In this document: positions 42,565-57,060 of the stretch, one piece after another
Numbering within the stretch: position 1 is the stretch's first letter
Layout of the letters: each line of letters opens with the position of its first letter
Assembly (NCBI GenBank): GCA_038087875.1
Contig: JAXLNO010000385.1
Span: forward strand, 992,001 to 1,056,000
DNA: 64,000 bases
From: Malacoraja senta
Lineage: Eukaryota
Direction of reading: 5' to 3'
Notes under the pieces: model-generated
Database searches by the model: none
What the model was told of the DNA's origin: nothing
The model's input: the letters and a program-made list of their open reading frames with translations, nothing else
Made by a program: the position numbers and the translations under genes

Positions 42565-43356
42565 TGTAGAGTGGCGGGGAGGAGAGAGAGATACAGGGAG
42601 GTGAGAGGAAGACGGGAGGGGGAGGAGAGGGAGATGCGAAGGGTAGGGGACCAGAGAGAGAAGGAGACGGGGAGGGGAAAGAAAGAGTGACGGAGACGGG
42701 GGGGGGGGGGAGACAGGAGAGGAGGGAGAGGGACGGGCAGGGAAAGGAGCGAAATGGGGGGGAAGGGAGAAAGACGGAGAGGGAGAGAGAGACGGGAAGG
42801 GGGAGAGATGGAGGGGCGAGGGAGACAAGGACACGGACCCGAACGTCCCACCCACCCCCCTGCCTCCCCTCCTCCCTACCTCTCTCCCTCCCTCTTCTTC
42901 CTCCCCTGTAAATTTACACACTGTTTGGTGCTGCTGCTAGTTTGGATGTCATTATTGTGTCTGGATATTTGACAATGAAACACACGTGAGACTTGACCCG
43001 CTGCTCCTCTCCCTCTCACCAGTCTCTCTCCCTGCGCGTTGCTCTCTCTTCCATCCAGTCACTCCACTCTCTTTCTCCGTCCCCCCCTTCTTTCTCCTTT
43101 CTTTCTCCCTGTCTCTCTCTCCGGAGAAGAACGAGGGACCTCATTGATACAACGTTTAAGTCATTTGGCCAGCGACATTTGGCCAGACATTTAGACAGGT
43201 ACATGGATAGGGCAGATTTAACTGTATACTTACAGGTGCCCTCCCCTAATCCGAGTGGTAGAGTTGCTGTCTCACAGCGCCAGAGACACGATGGGGAGAG
43301 AGATGGGGAGAGAAGTGGTAGAGTGGGGGAGATAGTGGAGAAAGATCGAGATAGGG

Positions 43357-43407
<51 letters not shown>

Positions 43408-43460
43408 GAGAGCGAGAGAGAGAGAGTGAGAGAGTGAGTGAGAGAGAGAGTGAGAGAGCG

Positions 43461-43512
<52 letters not shown>

Positions 43513-45091
43513 TGAGAGAGTGAGAGTGAGAGAGAGAGAAAGAGAGCGAGCGAGAGAGAGTGAGAGAGCGAGAGAGAGAGAGAGAGATAGAGTAGAAGGC
43601 CTGGGAGAGGGTGGGAGCGGGACGGGGAGTGGAGGAAGTGAGAGATGGGATCTCGTCTGAAGAACGGTCTCGACCCGAATCATGTCGATTCCTTCTCGCC
43701 AGAAATGCTGCATGTCCCGCTGTTCCGCCAGCATTGTGTTTGTCTATGTTAATCCAAGTTATCTAGTGCCCAGGTTAATAAACTGGCTCAACATATGATG
43801 AGCGTTTGTCGGCACTGGGCCTGTACTCACTGAAGTTCAGAAGAACGAGGGGGGGGGCCTCATTGAAACAGCGGTTGTGATAGACGGGGGGTAGGGGAGG
43901 AGGGAGAGAGACGGTAAGGGAGAGAGCGAGACGGGGAGAGGATCACATGGAGGGAGGGAGAGATAGATGGTGAGAGAGAGAGACGGGGAGGGGGAGAGAG
44001 AGAGGAAAATTAAGAGAGTGACGGGGAGGCGAGAGACGGGGATGGGAGGGAGAGAGAGTCGGGGAGAGATAGATAGAGGCGGGTAGAGGAAGGAAAAATA
44101 GACGGGTAGGGGAGGGAGAGAGAGCCGGGATGAAGGGAGAAAGAGAGTGACGGGGAGGGAGACAGAGAGATGGGGAGGAAAGATAGATGGGACAAGGACG
44201 GGGGAGAGCGACTGGGAGGGGAAATAGAGAGAGAGATGGGAGGGAGGGGATGGGAGAGAGACTGGATGGAAGGGAGAGAGAGACGGGGAGCGAGAGAGAG
44301 AGAGAGAGAGAGGAGGGATGGAGAGCGGCGGAGAGGAGAGAGTGAGAGATACGGGGAGGAGAGAGAATGAGGGGAGGAGAGAGGGAGATGCGACGGTAGG
44401 GGACCAGAGACAGAAAGCGACGGGGAGGGGAAAGAGAGAGTGACGGAGACGAGGGAGAGAGACGGAGAAGGGAGGGAGAGACAGGAGAGGAAGGAGAGAG
44501 CCGAGCAGAGAAAGGAGCGAAATGGGGAGGGAAGGGAGAGAGACGGAGATGGGAGAGAGAGACCGGAAGGGGGAGAGATGAAGGGTCGAGGGAGACAGGG
44601 ACACGGACTCCAACGTCCCACCCACTCCCCTGCCTCCCTCCCTCTCTCCCTCCATCCTCTTCCTCCCCTCTATGTTTACATACTTTTGGAGCTGCTCCTA
44701 GCTTGGATGTCATTAATGTGTCTGGGATATTTGACACACGTGGCTCTTGACCCTCTGCCCCTCTCCTTCTTACACAGTCTCTCTACCTCCGCGTTCCTCT
44801 CTCTTCCATCCAGTCACTCACTCTCTTTCTCTCCTTCTTCTTCTCCTCTCTTTCTCCCTGTCTCTCCCTCCGGGGATGGAGGGAGAGAGAAGAACGCGGG
44901 GGACTTTATTGATAAAATGATTGTCATTTGGCCAGACATTTAGACAGGTACATGGATAGGACAGGTGTACTTACAGGTGCCCTCCCTTAAATCCAAGTCT
45001 TAGAGTTGCTGTCTCACAGCCCCAGAGACCCGATGGGAGAGAGATGGAGAGAGAGGGGGTAGAGTGGAGGAGATAGTGGAGAAAGGAGAAT

Positions 45092-45263
<172 letters not shown>

Positions 45264-45269
45264 AGAGAT

Positions 45270-45311
<42 letters not shown>

Positions 45312-47661
45312 AAAGAAACGGGGGTGGAGAGGATGGGGAGGAGAGAGAGAGACAGACATAGAGTAGAAGTCCCTGGGAGAGGGTGGGAGCGAACGGGGGA
45401 GTAGAGGAAGTGAGAGATGGGATCTCGTCTGAAGAACGGTCTCGACCCGAATCATGTCCGATTCCTTTCTCCCCAGAAACGCTGCATGTCCCGCTGAGTT
45501 CCGCCAGAATTGTGTTTGTTTATGTTAATCCAAGTTACGTCGTGCCCAGGTTAATCAACATGGCTCAACATATGATGAGCGTTGGTCGGCACTGGGCCTG
45601 TACTCACTGAAGTTCAGAAGAACGAGGGGGAACCTCATTGAAACAACGTTTAAGAGACATTTGGACAGTTAAATGGATACGACAGGTTTAAAGGTATATA
45701 TTCAGGTACCCTCTCCTAATTCTCTCATTTACAGGTGCCCTCCCATATATCCAAGTTGCTGCCTCACAGCGCCAGAGACCCGAGTTCGATCCTGACCACG
45801 GGCGCTGTCTGTGCAGAGTTTGCACTTTCTCCCCGCGATTTGCCTCGGGCCGGCACGGTGCCCTCCCCCCTCTCTCCCTAGCCATAGGATATAGATTCAA
45901 GGTGAAGGGGAAAAGATTGAATAGGAACCTGAGGGGGGTAACATTTCGAAACAGAGGGTGGTGGGTTTTATGGAACAGCTGCCGGAAGATGTTCTTGAGG
46001 TTTCGACAGGTAAACGGATAGCAGAGGTTTGGAGGGATATGGCCCAAACGCGGGCAGGTGGGATAAGTGTAAACGGAGCATGTTGGTCAGTCTGGACATG
46101 TTGACCGAAGGACCTGTTTCCGTTGTATTACTTCCCCAACCATCTCCGCCCTCCGGCAATCTCTCGATCTCCCCGTTTCTCCCTCCCTCTCCCCGTCTCT
46201 CACTCTCTCGCTCCCCGTCTCTCTCCCTCCTCCCCATCCCTCCTCGCTTCCCCGTCTCTCCCTCCTCTCCCAGTCTCTCTCCCTGTCTCTACTTACCCTT
46301 ATCTCTCTCCTGTCTCCCCATCCATCCGTCTCCATCTCTAGACCCTTCTCTCTCTCTCTTTCTCCCGTCACTTTCTCTCTCTGACTTTTCTGTCAGACAC
46401 TCCCTCCTTCCTGCTGCGACAAACGCCGAGACGCAGAGCGAGGGTGAGTGACGAGGTGAGGAGAGACAGACGGGGAGGGAGGGGGAGACGGGGAGGGAAA
46501 GAGAGAGAGAGAGAGAGAGGATGGGAGGGGAGAGGAGCGAAAGAGATGAGAAGGGGAGAGGAGAGGGAGAGACAGAGAGGAGAGGAGAGAGAGGGACACA
46601 CAGAGAAAGAGAGTGAAAGAGAGGGAGAGGGAGAGATGGGGTGGGGTGGGAGGGAGAGAGACGGGAAGGGAGAGAGAGACGGGGAGAGAGAGAGACTGGG
46701 AGAGAGTGAGATATGGTGAGGGAGGGAAAGAGAGAGACGGGGAGGGTGGGAGAGAGAGGAAAAGTAAGAGAGTGTCGGGGAGGCGATAGAGAGATGGGGA
46801 GGGGAGGGAGAGAGAGACGGTGAGGGAAAGAGGGACAAGACGGTGGGAGAGCAACGGGGAGCGAAAAAGAGAGAGAAATGGGGAGGGAGCGAGAGTGAGA
46901 TAGGGAGGAGAGAGAGATGAGTGGGGAGAGAGAGAGATGGGGAGTGCCGGAGAGGAGAGAGAGAGATACGGGGAGGAGAGAGGACGGGGAGGGAAAGAGA
47001 GAGAGAGATGCGAGGGGTAGGGGACCAGAGAGAGAAAGAGACGGGGATGGGAAAGAGAGAGTGAAGGAGACGCGGGAGAGAGACGGGACCGAAGGGCGTG
47101 TTTCCGTTGTATTACTTCCACAACCCTCTCCTCCCTCCGTCACTCTCTCGATCTCCCCATCATTCTCCCCTCCTCCACTTCCCCCTCCCCGTCTCTCCCT
47201 CCCTCTCCCCGTTTCTCACTCTCTCTCTCCCCGTCTCTCCCTCCCCCTCCCCCCATCTCTCCCTCTCTCCTCTCTTCCCCGTCTCTCCCTTCCTCTCCTC
47301 ATCTCTCGCTCGCCCCATCCATGTCTCTCTCCCTCCCTCCCAGTCTCTCTCTCCCCGTCTCTCTCTACTTCCCCCTCTCACTCTCCCGTCTCTCATTCCC
47401 TCCGTCTCCATCTTGGCACCTCTCTCTCTCCCGTCTCTCCATCCCTTCCTCCGTCTCCATCTCTAGAACCTTCTCCCTCTCTCCTCTCTGTACCTCCCTC
47501 CCTGTACCCTCTCTCTCTCGCCCCGTCACTTTCTCTCTCTGACTTTTTCTGTTAGACACTCCCTCCTTCCTGCTGCGACAAACGCCGAGACGCAGAGCGA
47601 GAGTGAGTGATGAGGAGAGGGACAGACAGACGGGAGGGGGTGAGAGAGACGGGAGGGAAAA

Positions 47662-47710
<49 letters not shown>

Positions 47711-47749
47711 TGGAGGGGAGGGAGGGAGTGAAAGAGTTGAGACGGAGAT

Positions 47750-50700
47750 TTTTGTTCGACCGAATTCGAGTACGAGTTCGAGATCGTGTTCGAGATCGAG
47801 AGAGAGAGAAGAGATAGAGAGAGATACAGTTAGTTCGAATTCGAGTTCCAGATAGAGTTCGAGTTTTGTTCAAGTTCGAGCTCGAGTTGAATGAATGAAT
47901 GAAAGAATGAATGAATGAATGAATGAATGAATGAACGAATGAATGAATCAATAAATGAATTTATTGGCCAAGTCTTCACGTACAAGAATTTGCCTTGGTG
48001 CTCCGCCCGCAAGTGGAACTCCAACTCGAGTTTTAAATAGAGTTCGAGTTCGAGATAGAGTTCTGGTTCGAGTTCAAGTTCGAGCTCGAGTTCGAGTTAA
48101 ATGAATGAATGAATGAATGAATAGGTTTATTGGCCAATATTCACATACAAGGCATTTGCCTTGGTGCTCCGCCCGTAACTCGAACTCCAACTCGTTCTAG
48201 ATCGAGTTCGAGTTTCTAGAGAGAGTTCGAGGTAGATTTCGAGTTCTAGATAGAGTTCGAGTTCGAGATAGTTCGATGTCGAGATAGAGTTGTAGTTCGC
48301 GATACAGTTCGAGTTCTAATTCGAGTTCGAGATCGAGATTGAGTTCGAGATCGAGTTCGAGATCGAGTTCGAGTTCAAGTTCGAGTTCGAGCTCGAGTTC
48401 GAGTTAAATGAATGAATGAATGTATGAATACGTTTATTGGGCGTGTATTCACATACAAGGAATTTGCCTTGGTGCTCCGCCCGTAACTCGAACTCGAGTT
48501 CGAGATCGAATTCGAGATAGATTTCAAGTTCCAGTAGAGTTCGAGTTAAATTTCGAGTTCGAGATAGAGTTCGAGGTCGAGATATTTAGAGTTCGAATTC
48601 GAGTTTTAAGAGAGATAGATTTCGAGTTCCAGTAGGAGTTCGAGTTCAAGTTCAATATAGAGTTCGTTCGAGTTCGAGATCGAGTTCGCGTTCGAGATAA
48701 TTCGAGATGGAGTTCGCGTACGAGATAGAGTTTGAGGTAGAGTTCGAGAGGGAGAGAGAGAGAGAGAGAGAGATAACAATTCGAGTTCGAGATAGAGTTC
48801 GAGTTCGAGTTCGAGTTCGAGATCGAATTCGCATTCGAGATAGAGTTCGAATTCGAGAGAGTCGAGATCGAGTTCGCGTTCGATTGAGAGTTCGTGATAG
48901 AGGTCGAGTTCGAGATAAGGGTTTCAGTTCGATATAGTTCGATTTCGAGATAGAGTTCGTGAAAGAGTTCGAGTTCAATTTCGCGTTGGAGTTGGAGTTG
49001 GAGTAGGAGTTCGAGATAGTTCGAGTTCGAGTTCGAGAGAGAGTTCGAGTTCGAGTTCGAGATAAAGTTCGAGATAGAATTCCGTTCGAATTCGAGTTCG
49101 AGATAGAGTTGGAGTTCGATTTGGCGATTGATTTCCACATATAGTTCGAGAGATTTAGAGTTCGAGATAGTGTTCGAGGTCGAGATAGAGTTCCTGAAAG
49201 AGTACGAGATAGTTCGAGTTCAAGTTCGAGTTTGAATTGGAGTTCGAGTTCGAGTTCGAGTTCGAGTTCGAGTACGAGTTCGTGATAGAGTTTGTCCAAG
49301 TTCGAGTTGGAATTGGAGTTCGATAGAGTTCGAGTTCGAGATATAGTTCGACTTCGAGTTCGAGGACGAGTTCGAGATCGAGTTCGAGATCGAGTTCTAG
49401 TTCGAGAGAGAGAGTTCGAGATACAGTTCGAGATACAGTTAGAGTTCGAATTCGAGTTGAATGAATGAATGAAATTATTGGCCAAGTCTTCACATACAAG
49501 GAATTTGCCTTGGTGCTCCGCCCTCAAGTCGAACTCCAACTCGATTTTGAAATAGAGTTCGAGGTCGAGATGGTGTTCGAGATATAGTTTGTGTTCGACA
49601 GAGAGTCCGATATATAGTTCGAGATCGAGTTCCAGATCGAGTTCCAGATCGAGTTCGAGTTCGAGATAGAGTTCGGGTTCGAGTTCGAGTTCGAGTTCGA
49701 GTTCGAGTTCGTTCGAGTTCGAGTTCGAGTTCGAGTTCGAGTTGAATGAATGAATGAATGAATGAATGGATGAATGAATGAATGAATGAATGAATGAATG
49801 AATGAATGAATGGAATAATTAATGAATGAATGAATTAATAAATACATTTATTGGCCAAGTATTCACATACAAGGAATTTGCCTTGATGGTCCGCCAGCAA
49901 GTCGAACTCCAACTCGAGTTCGAGATAGAGTACGTGTTCGAGTTCGAGTTCTAATCCGTGTTCGAGTTCGATTTCGAGTTCGAGTTCGTTAGAGATAGAG
50001 TTTGTGATAGAGTTCGAGTTCAATTTGATGTTGGAGTTGGAGTTGGAGTTCGAGATAGTTCGAGTTCGAGATAGAGTTCGAGTTCAAGAAACAGTTCGAG
50101 TTCGAGATCGAGTTCGCGATAGAGTTCGAGTTCGAAATAGATTTTGATGTCGCGATAGAGTTGGGGTTCGTGATAGAGTTCGAGTTCAATGAATGAATGA
50201 ATGAATGAATGAATGAATGAATGAATGAATGAATGAATTTATTGGCCAAGTATTCACATACAAGGGATTTGCCTTGGAAGTCCGCAAGCAAGTCGAACTC
50301 AAACTCGAGTTCGAGATAGTTTGAGTTCGAGATAGAGTACGAGTTCGAGTTCGAGTTCGAGTTCGAGTTCAAGAATCAAGAATCAAGGTAGAGTTCGAGT
50401 TCGACATCGAGTTCGAGATAGAGTTCGAATTCGAATTCGGGTTCGAGATAGAGTTGGAGTTCGAGTTGGGGAGTGATTTCGACATATAGTTCGAGCGAGT
50501 TAGAGTTCGAGATAGTGTTCGAGGTCGAGATAGAGTTCCTGAAAGTGTTCGAGATAGTTCGAGTTGAAGTTCGAGATGGAATTGGAGTTGGAGTTCGAGA
50601 TAGTGTTCGAGTTCGAGATAGTTCGAGTTTGAGATAGTGTTCGAGCTCGAGATAAGAGTTCGAGTTCGAGTTCGAGTTCGAGTTCGAGTTCGAGTACGAG

Positions 50701-53700
50701 TTCGAGATAGAGTTCGAGTTCGAGATATAGTTCGAGTCCAAGTTCAAGTTGGAATTGGAGTTCGATAGAGTTCGAGTTCGAGATATAGTTCGACCGAGTT
50801 CGAGGACGAATTCGAGATCGAGTTCGAGATCGAGTTCTAGTTCGAGAGAGAGAGTTCGAGGTAGAGTTCGAGACACAGTTAGAGTTAGAATTCGAGTTCG
50901 AGTGAGTTCGAGTTCTAGTTCAAGAATGAATGAATGAATGAATGAATGAATGAATGAATGAATGAATTTATTGGCCGTATTCACATACAAGGGATTTGCC
51001 TTGGGGGTCTGCAAGCAAGTCGAACTCAAACTCGAGTTCGAGATAGTTTGAGTTCGAGATAGAGTACGAGTTCGAGTTCGAGTTCGAGTTCGAGTTCAAG
51101 AATCAAGAATCAAGATAGAGTTCGAGTTCGAGATATAGTTCGAGTTCGAGTTAGAGTTAGAGATAGAGATAGAGCTAGTTCGAATTCGAGTTGGAATTCC
51201 AGTTCGAGTTCGAGATCAAGTTCGCGTTCGATTGAGAGTTCGTGATAGTTCGAGTTCGGGATAAGAGTTCCAGTTCGATATAGAGTTCGATTTCGAGATA
51301 GAGTGCGAGTTCGAATTCGAGTTCGAGTTCGAGTTCGAGATATTTCGAGTTCGAATTCGAGTTCCAATTCGAGTTCGAGATAGAGTTCGTGAAAGAGTTC
51401 GAGTTCAATTTCGAGTTGGAGTTGGAGTTCGTTCGAGAGAGTTCGAGTTCGAGGTCGAGTTCGAGAGAGAGTTCGAGTTCGAGGTAGAGTTCGAGTTCGA
51501 GTTAGAGTATAGTTCGAGTTCGAGATAGAGTTCGTTCGAATTCGTTCGAGAAAAAGTTAGAGTTCGAATTCGAGTTCGATTTCGAATTCAATTTCGAGTT
51601 CGACATCGAGTTCGAGATAGAGTTCGAATTCGAATTCGAGTTCGAGATAGAGTTGGAGTTCGAGTTGGGGAGTGATTTCGACATATAGTTCGAGCGAGTT
51701 AGAGTTCGAGATAGTGTTCGAGGTCGAGATAGAGTTCCTGAAAGTGTTCGAGATAGTTCGAGTTGAAGTTCGAGATGGAATTGGAGTTGCAGTTCGAGAT
51801 AGTGTTCGAGTTCGAGATAGTTCGAGTTTGAAATAGTGTTCGAGCTCGAGATAGGAGTTCGAGTTCGAGTTCGAGTTCGAGTTCGAGTTCGAGTACGAGT
51901 TCGAGATAGAGTTCGAGTTCGAGATATAGTTCGAGTCCAAGTTCGAGTTGGAATTGGAGTTCGATAGAGTTCGAGTTCGAGATATAGTTCGACCGAGTTC
52001 GAGGACGAATTCGAGATCGAGTTCGAGATCGAGTTCTAGTTCGACAGAGAGAGTTCGAGGTAGAGTTCGAGACACAGTTAGAGTTAGAATTCGAGTTCGA
52101 GAGAGTTCGAGTTCTAGTTCAAGAATGAATGAATGAATGAATGAATGAATGAATGAATGAATGAATTTATTGGCCGTATTCACATACAAGGGATTTGCCT
52201 TGGAGGTCTGCAAGCAAGTCGAACTCAAACTCGAGTTCGAGATAGTTTGAGTTCGAGATAGAGTACGAGTTCGAGTTCGAGTTCGAGTTCGAGTTCAAGA
52301 ATCAAGAATCAAGGTAGAGTTCGAGTTCGAGATATAGTTCGAGTTCGAGTTAGAGTTAGAGATAGAGATAGAGCTAGTTCGAATTCGAGTTCGAATTCCA
52401 GTTCGAGTTCGAGATCAAGTTCGCGTTCGATTGAGAGTTCGTGATAGTTCGAGTTCGGGATAAGAGTTCCAGTTCGATATAGAGTTCGATTTCGAGATAG
52501 AGTGCGAGTTCGAATTCGAGTTCGAGATAGAGTTCGGGTAACATAGAAACATAGAAACATAGAAAATAGGTGCAGGAGTAGGCCATTCGGCCCTTCGAGC
52601 CTGCACCGCCATTCAATATGATCATGGCTGATCATCCAACTCAGTATCCCGTACCTGCCTTCTCTCCATATCCCCTGATCCCCTTAGCCACAAGGGCCAC
52701 ATCTAACTCCCTCTTAAATATAGCCAATGAACTGGCCTCAACTACTCTCTGTGGCAGAGAGTTCCAGAGATTCACCACTCTCTGTGTGAAAAAGTTTTTC
52801 CTCATCTCGGTCTTAAAGGATTTCCCCCTTATCCTTAAGCTGTGGCCCCTTGTCCTGGACTTCCCCAACATCGGGAACAATCTTCCTGCATCTAGCCTGT
52901 CCAACCCCATAAGAATTTTGTACGTTTCTATAAGATCCCCTCTCAATCTCCTAAATTCTAGCGAGTATAAGCCAAGTCTATTCAGTCTTTCTTCATATGA
53001 AAGTCCTGACATCCCAGGAATCAGTCTGGTGAACATTCTCTGCACTCCCTCTATGGCTATAATGTCCTTCCTCAGAGTTCGAGTTCAATTTCGAGATCGA
53101 GTTCGAGTTCAATTTCGAGTTGGAGTTGGAGTTCGTTCGAGAGAGTTCGAGTTCGAGTTCGAGAGAGAGTTCGAGTTCGAGATAGAGTTCGAGTTCGCGT
53201 TAGAGTATAGTTCGAGTTCGAGATAGAGTTCGTTCGAATTCGTTCGAGAAAGAGTTAGAGTTCGAATTCGAGTTCGATTTCGAATTCAATTTCGAGTTCG
53301 ACATCGAGTTCGAGATAGAGTTCGAATTCGAATTCGAGTTCGAGATAGAGTTGGATTTCGAGTTAGGGAGTGATTTCGACATATAGTTCGAGCGAGTTAG
53401 AGTTCGAGATAGTGTTCGAGGTCTAGATAGAGTTCCTGAAAGAGTTCGAGATAGTTCGAGTTCAAGTTCGAGATGGAATTGGAGTTGGAGTTCGAGATAG
53501 TGTTCGAGTTCGAGATAGTTCGAGTTCGAGGTAGAGTTCGAGCTCGAGATAAGAGTTCGAGTTCGAGTTCGAGTTCGAGTTCGAGTACGAGTTCGAGTTC
53601 GAGATAGAGTTCGAGTTCGAGATATAGTTCGAGTCCAAGTTCGAGTTGGAATTGGAGTTGGAGTTCGATAGAGTTCGAGTTCGAGATATAGTTCGACTTC

Positions 53701-54239
53701 GAGTTCGAGGACGAATTCGAGATCGAGTTCGAGATCGAGTTCTAGTTCGAGAGAGAGAGTTCGAGGTAGAGTTCGAGACACAGTTAGAGTTAGAATTCGA
53801 GTTCGAGAGAGTTCGAGTTCTAGTTCAAGAATGAATGAATGAATGAATGAATGAATGAATGAATGAATGAATGAAAGAATGAATGAATGAATGAATGAAT
53901 GAATGAATGAAAGAATGAATGAATGAATGAATGAATGAATGTTTTGGCCAAGTATTCACATACAAGGAATTTGCCTTGGTGGTCCGCGAGCAAGTCGAAC
54001 TCCAACTCGAGTTCGAGATAGAGTTCGAGATCGTATTCGAGGTCGAGTTCGAGTTCGAATTCGAGTTCAAGTTAGAGTGCGAGTTCGAGAGAAAGTTCGA
54101 GAGAGATTTCGAGTTCGAGATAGAGTGCGAGTTCGAGTTCGAGATCGAGTTCGAGATCGAGTTCGAGTTCGAGAGAAAGTTCGAGAGAGAGTTCGAGTTC
54201 GAGATACAGTTCGAGTTCGAGTTCGAGTTCGAGTTCGAG
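47750..54239 (+). repeat. Hexamer satellite block with ~9 cassettes and ~1.2-kb tandem duplications
   Basis: Cassettes at ~47960, 48126, 48433, 49475, 49847, 50238, 50967, 52166, 53942. ORFs 50376-51029 and 51557-52228 are nearly identical. Confidence 0.93.
52540..53076 (-). mobile_element. CR1 LINE 3' fragment, (TTTCTATG)n tail
   Basis: Uninterrupted ORF 52641-53045 (LSYEERL...RRLRGDLIETYK...TRGHSL...RVVNLWNSLP) and tail aacatagaaacatagaaa. Confidence 0.93.
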
Positions 54240-54957
54240 TTTATGTTATTGGAATGTTATTTAATTCTTTATTTCGAACAGAATAAAATAATAAAAAGCA
54301 AGTGTGAAACGGCATACAAAAAAAAAGAATATTTATAAAGTGTCATAAACAATATCTATAAATAAATGAAATCGTATGTGTCCGAATAGGAGCAGGAAGA
54401 AGCCAGAGCTTATTAATTCCCACCCCCTTATTCAACTGCTTATAATTATCTTATACACATTTAGAAGCTATATGTACACCATGTGTACACCAGCAGCTAT
54501 ATGTACACCAAATTATTTACATTTATACACTAATCAAATATTTACAAAGCCATACAAAAAAAGAGAGAAAAAAAGTAAAAAGAAAAGATAAAACCCTCAT
54601 ATATTATACAGTATCCCTTAGTCATAAATACAACCCATAACCCTCATAAACTACACAGTACCCCTTAGTCAACCCATCACCCTATAATCACCCTTCCCGA
54701 TACAATCAGTATAACAAATATCCCACACAATCACCTATCCTCATCCCAATATCCTTTAAAAAAAGTGTTTTTGTACATCATTTTAAACTGAATTATGTTT
54801 GTGCTAAGTTGTATCTCCTGTTCCAGACCATTCCACAAATTCACCCCACATATTGATATGCACATACTTTTAAGAGTTGTTCTGACTTTGAATTTTTTAA
54901 AATTATTTTCCCCTCTCAAATTATACCCACCCTGTCTTTCCATTAACAGTTTTTCTC
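54240..54957 (-). mobile_element. Crack/L2-like LINE 3' fragment, copy 2
   Basis: Homologous to 23121-23810 with the same truncation point. Confidence 0.7.
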
Positions 54958-55153
54958 CAGTTCGAGCTCGAGTTCGAATTGAATGCATGAATGAATGAAT
55001 GAACACGTTTATTGGCCTAGTACTCACATACAGGGAAGTTGCCTTGGTGCTCCGCCCACAAGTCGAACTCAAACTCGAGTTCGAGATAGAGTTCGAGTTC
55101 GAGATAGAGTACGAGTTCCCGTTCGAGTTAGAGTTCGAGTTCAAGTTCGAGTT

Positions 55154-56675
55154 CAAGAAACAAGAATCAAGAGAGTTTATTGTCATGTGTCCCTGATAAG
55201 ACAAAGAAATTCTTGCTTTGCTTCAGCACAACAGAACATAGTGGGCATTGATTACAAAACAGATCAGTGTGTCCATATACCATTATCTACGTAAATACAC
55301 ACATGAATAAATACACTGATAAAGAGCAAATAACAGATAATGGACTATTAATGTTCATAGTTTTGTCAGAGCCAAGTTTAAAAACCTGATGGCTGCGGGG
55401 AAGTAGCTATTCCTCAACCTGGTCATTGCAGTCTTCAGGCTCCTGTACCTTCTACCTGAACGTAGCAGGGAGATGAGTGTGTGGCCAGGATGGTGTGGTT
55501 CCTTGATGATATTGCCAGCCTTTTTGAGGCAGCGACTGCGATAGATCCCCTCGATGGAAGGGAATACAGAGCCGATGATGGACTGGGCAGTGTTTCCTAC
55601 TTTTTGTAGTCTTTTCCTCTCCAAGGTGCTCAAGTTGCCGATCCAAGCCACGATGCAACCGGTCAGCATGCTCTCTACTGTGCACCTGTAGAAGTTCGAG
55701 AGCGTCCTCCTTGACAAACCGACTCTCCGTAATCTTCTCAGGAAGCAGAGGCGCTGATGTGCTTTCTTAATATTTGCATCAGTGTTCCTGGACCAGGAAA
55801 GATCTTCAGAGATGTACACGCCCAGGAATTAGAAGCTCTTGACCCTTTCAACCATCGCCCCTTTGATATAAACGGGACTGTGGGTCCCCATCCTACTCCT
55901 TCCAAAGTCCACAATCAGTTCCTTGGTTTTGCTGGTGTTGAGGGCCAAGTTATTGTGCTGGCATCAAATGGAGAGTCGCTCGATCTCTCTTCTATACTCT
56001 GACTCATCCCCATCAGTGATACGTCCCACAACAGTGGTGTCGTCAGCGAACTTGATGATGGAGTTCGCACTATGACCGGCTACGCAGTCATGAGCATAGA
56101 CCGAGTACAGCAGGGGGCTGAGCACGCAGCCTTGAGGTGCTCCCGTGCTGATTGTTATCCTGTCTGGCACATTTCCACCAATACGAACAGACTGTGGTCT
56201 GTGAATGAGGAAGTCGAGGATCCAATTGCAGAGGGATGCGCAGAGACCCAGTTCTGAGAGTTTGATAACCAGCTTGGAGGGGATGATTGTATTAATTGCC
56301 GAGCTGTAATCAATGAATAACAGCCTGACATGAGTTTGTGTTGTCTAAGTGGTCCAGAGGGGAGTGGAGGGCCAGCGAGATCGCATCCACCGTTGATCTG
56401 TTGTGGCGGTAAGCGAACTGCAGTGGGTCCAGGATTTTGTCGAGGTAGGAGTTGATTTGCGCCATGATCCATCTCTCAAAGCACTTCATCACCACAGGCG
56501 TTAGTGCCACAGGTCGATAGTCATTGAGGCACGTCACTTACTCATCTTGGGCACCGGTAAAATTGATGCCCTTTTGAAGCAGGTGGGAACCTCGGACCTC
56601 AGAAGTGAGAGGTTGAAAATATCCGTAAAAACTCCAGCTAGTTGGTCCGCACAGGTTTTTTTAGAACACGACCAG
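55154..56675 (-). mobile_element. Rex1/Babar LINE fragment, copy 2
   Basis: Same RT motifs (KFADD in 55964-56170) and the same 5' truncation (acacgaccag) as copy 1. Confidence 0.93.
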
Positions 56676-57060
56676 TTCGAATTGGAGTTGGAGTTCGAGA
56701 TAGTTCGAGATAGAGTTCGAGCTCGAGATATATTTCGACTTCGAGATCGAGTTCGAGTTCGAGTTCGAGCTCGAGTTCGAGTTGAATGAATGAATGAATG
56801 AATGAATGAATGAATGAATGAATAAATTTATGGGCCAAGTATTCACATACAAGGAATTTACCTTGGTGCACCGCCAGCAAATCGAACTCCAACTAGAGTT
56901 CGAACTAGAGTTCGTGTTCGACAGAGAGTTCAATATAAATTTCGCGATCGAGTTCGAGATCGAGTTCGTTCGAATTCGAGTTCGAGCTCGAGTCGAATGA
57001 ATGAATAAATGAATGACTACGTTTATTGGTCAAGTATTCACATACAAGGAGAGAGAGAGA

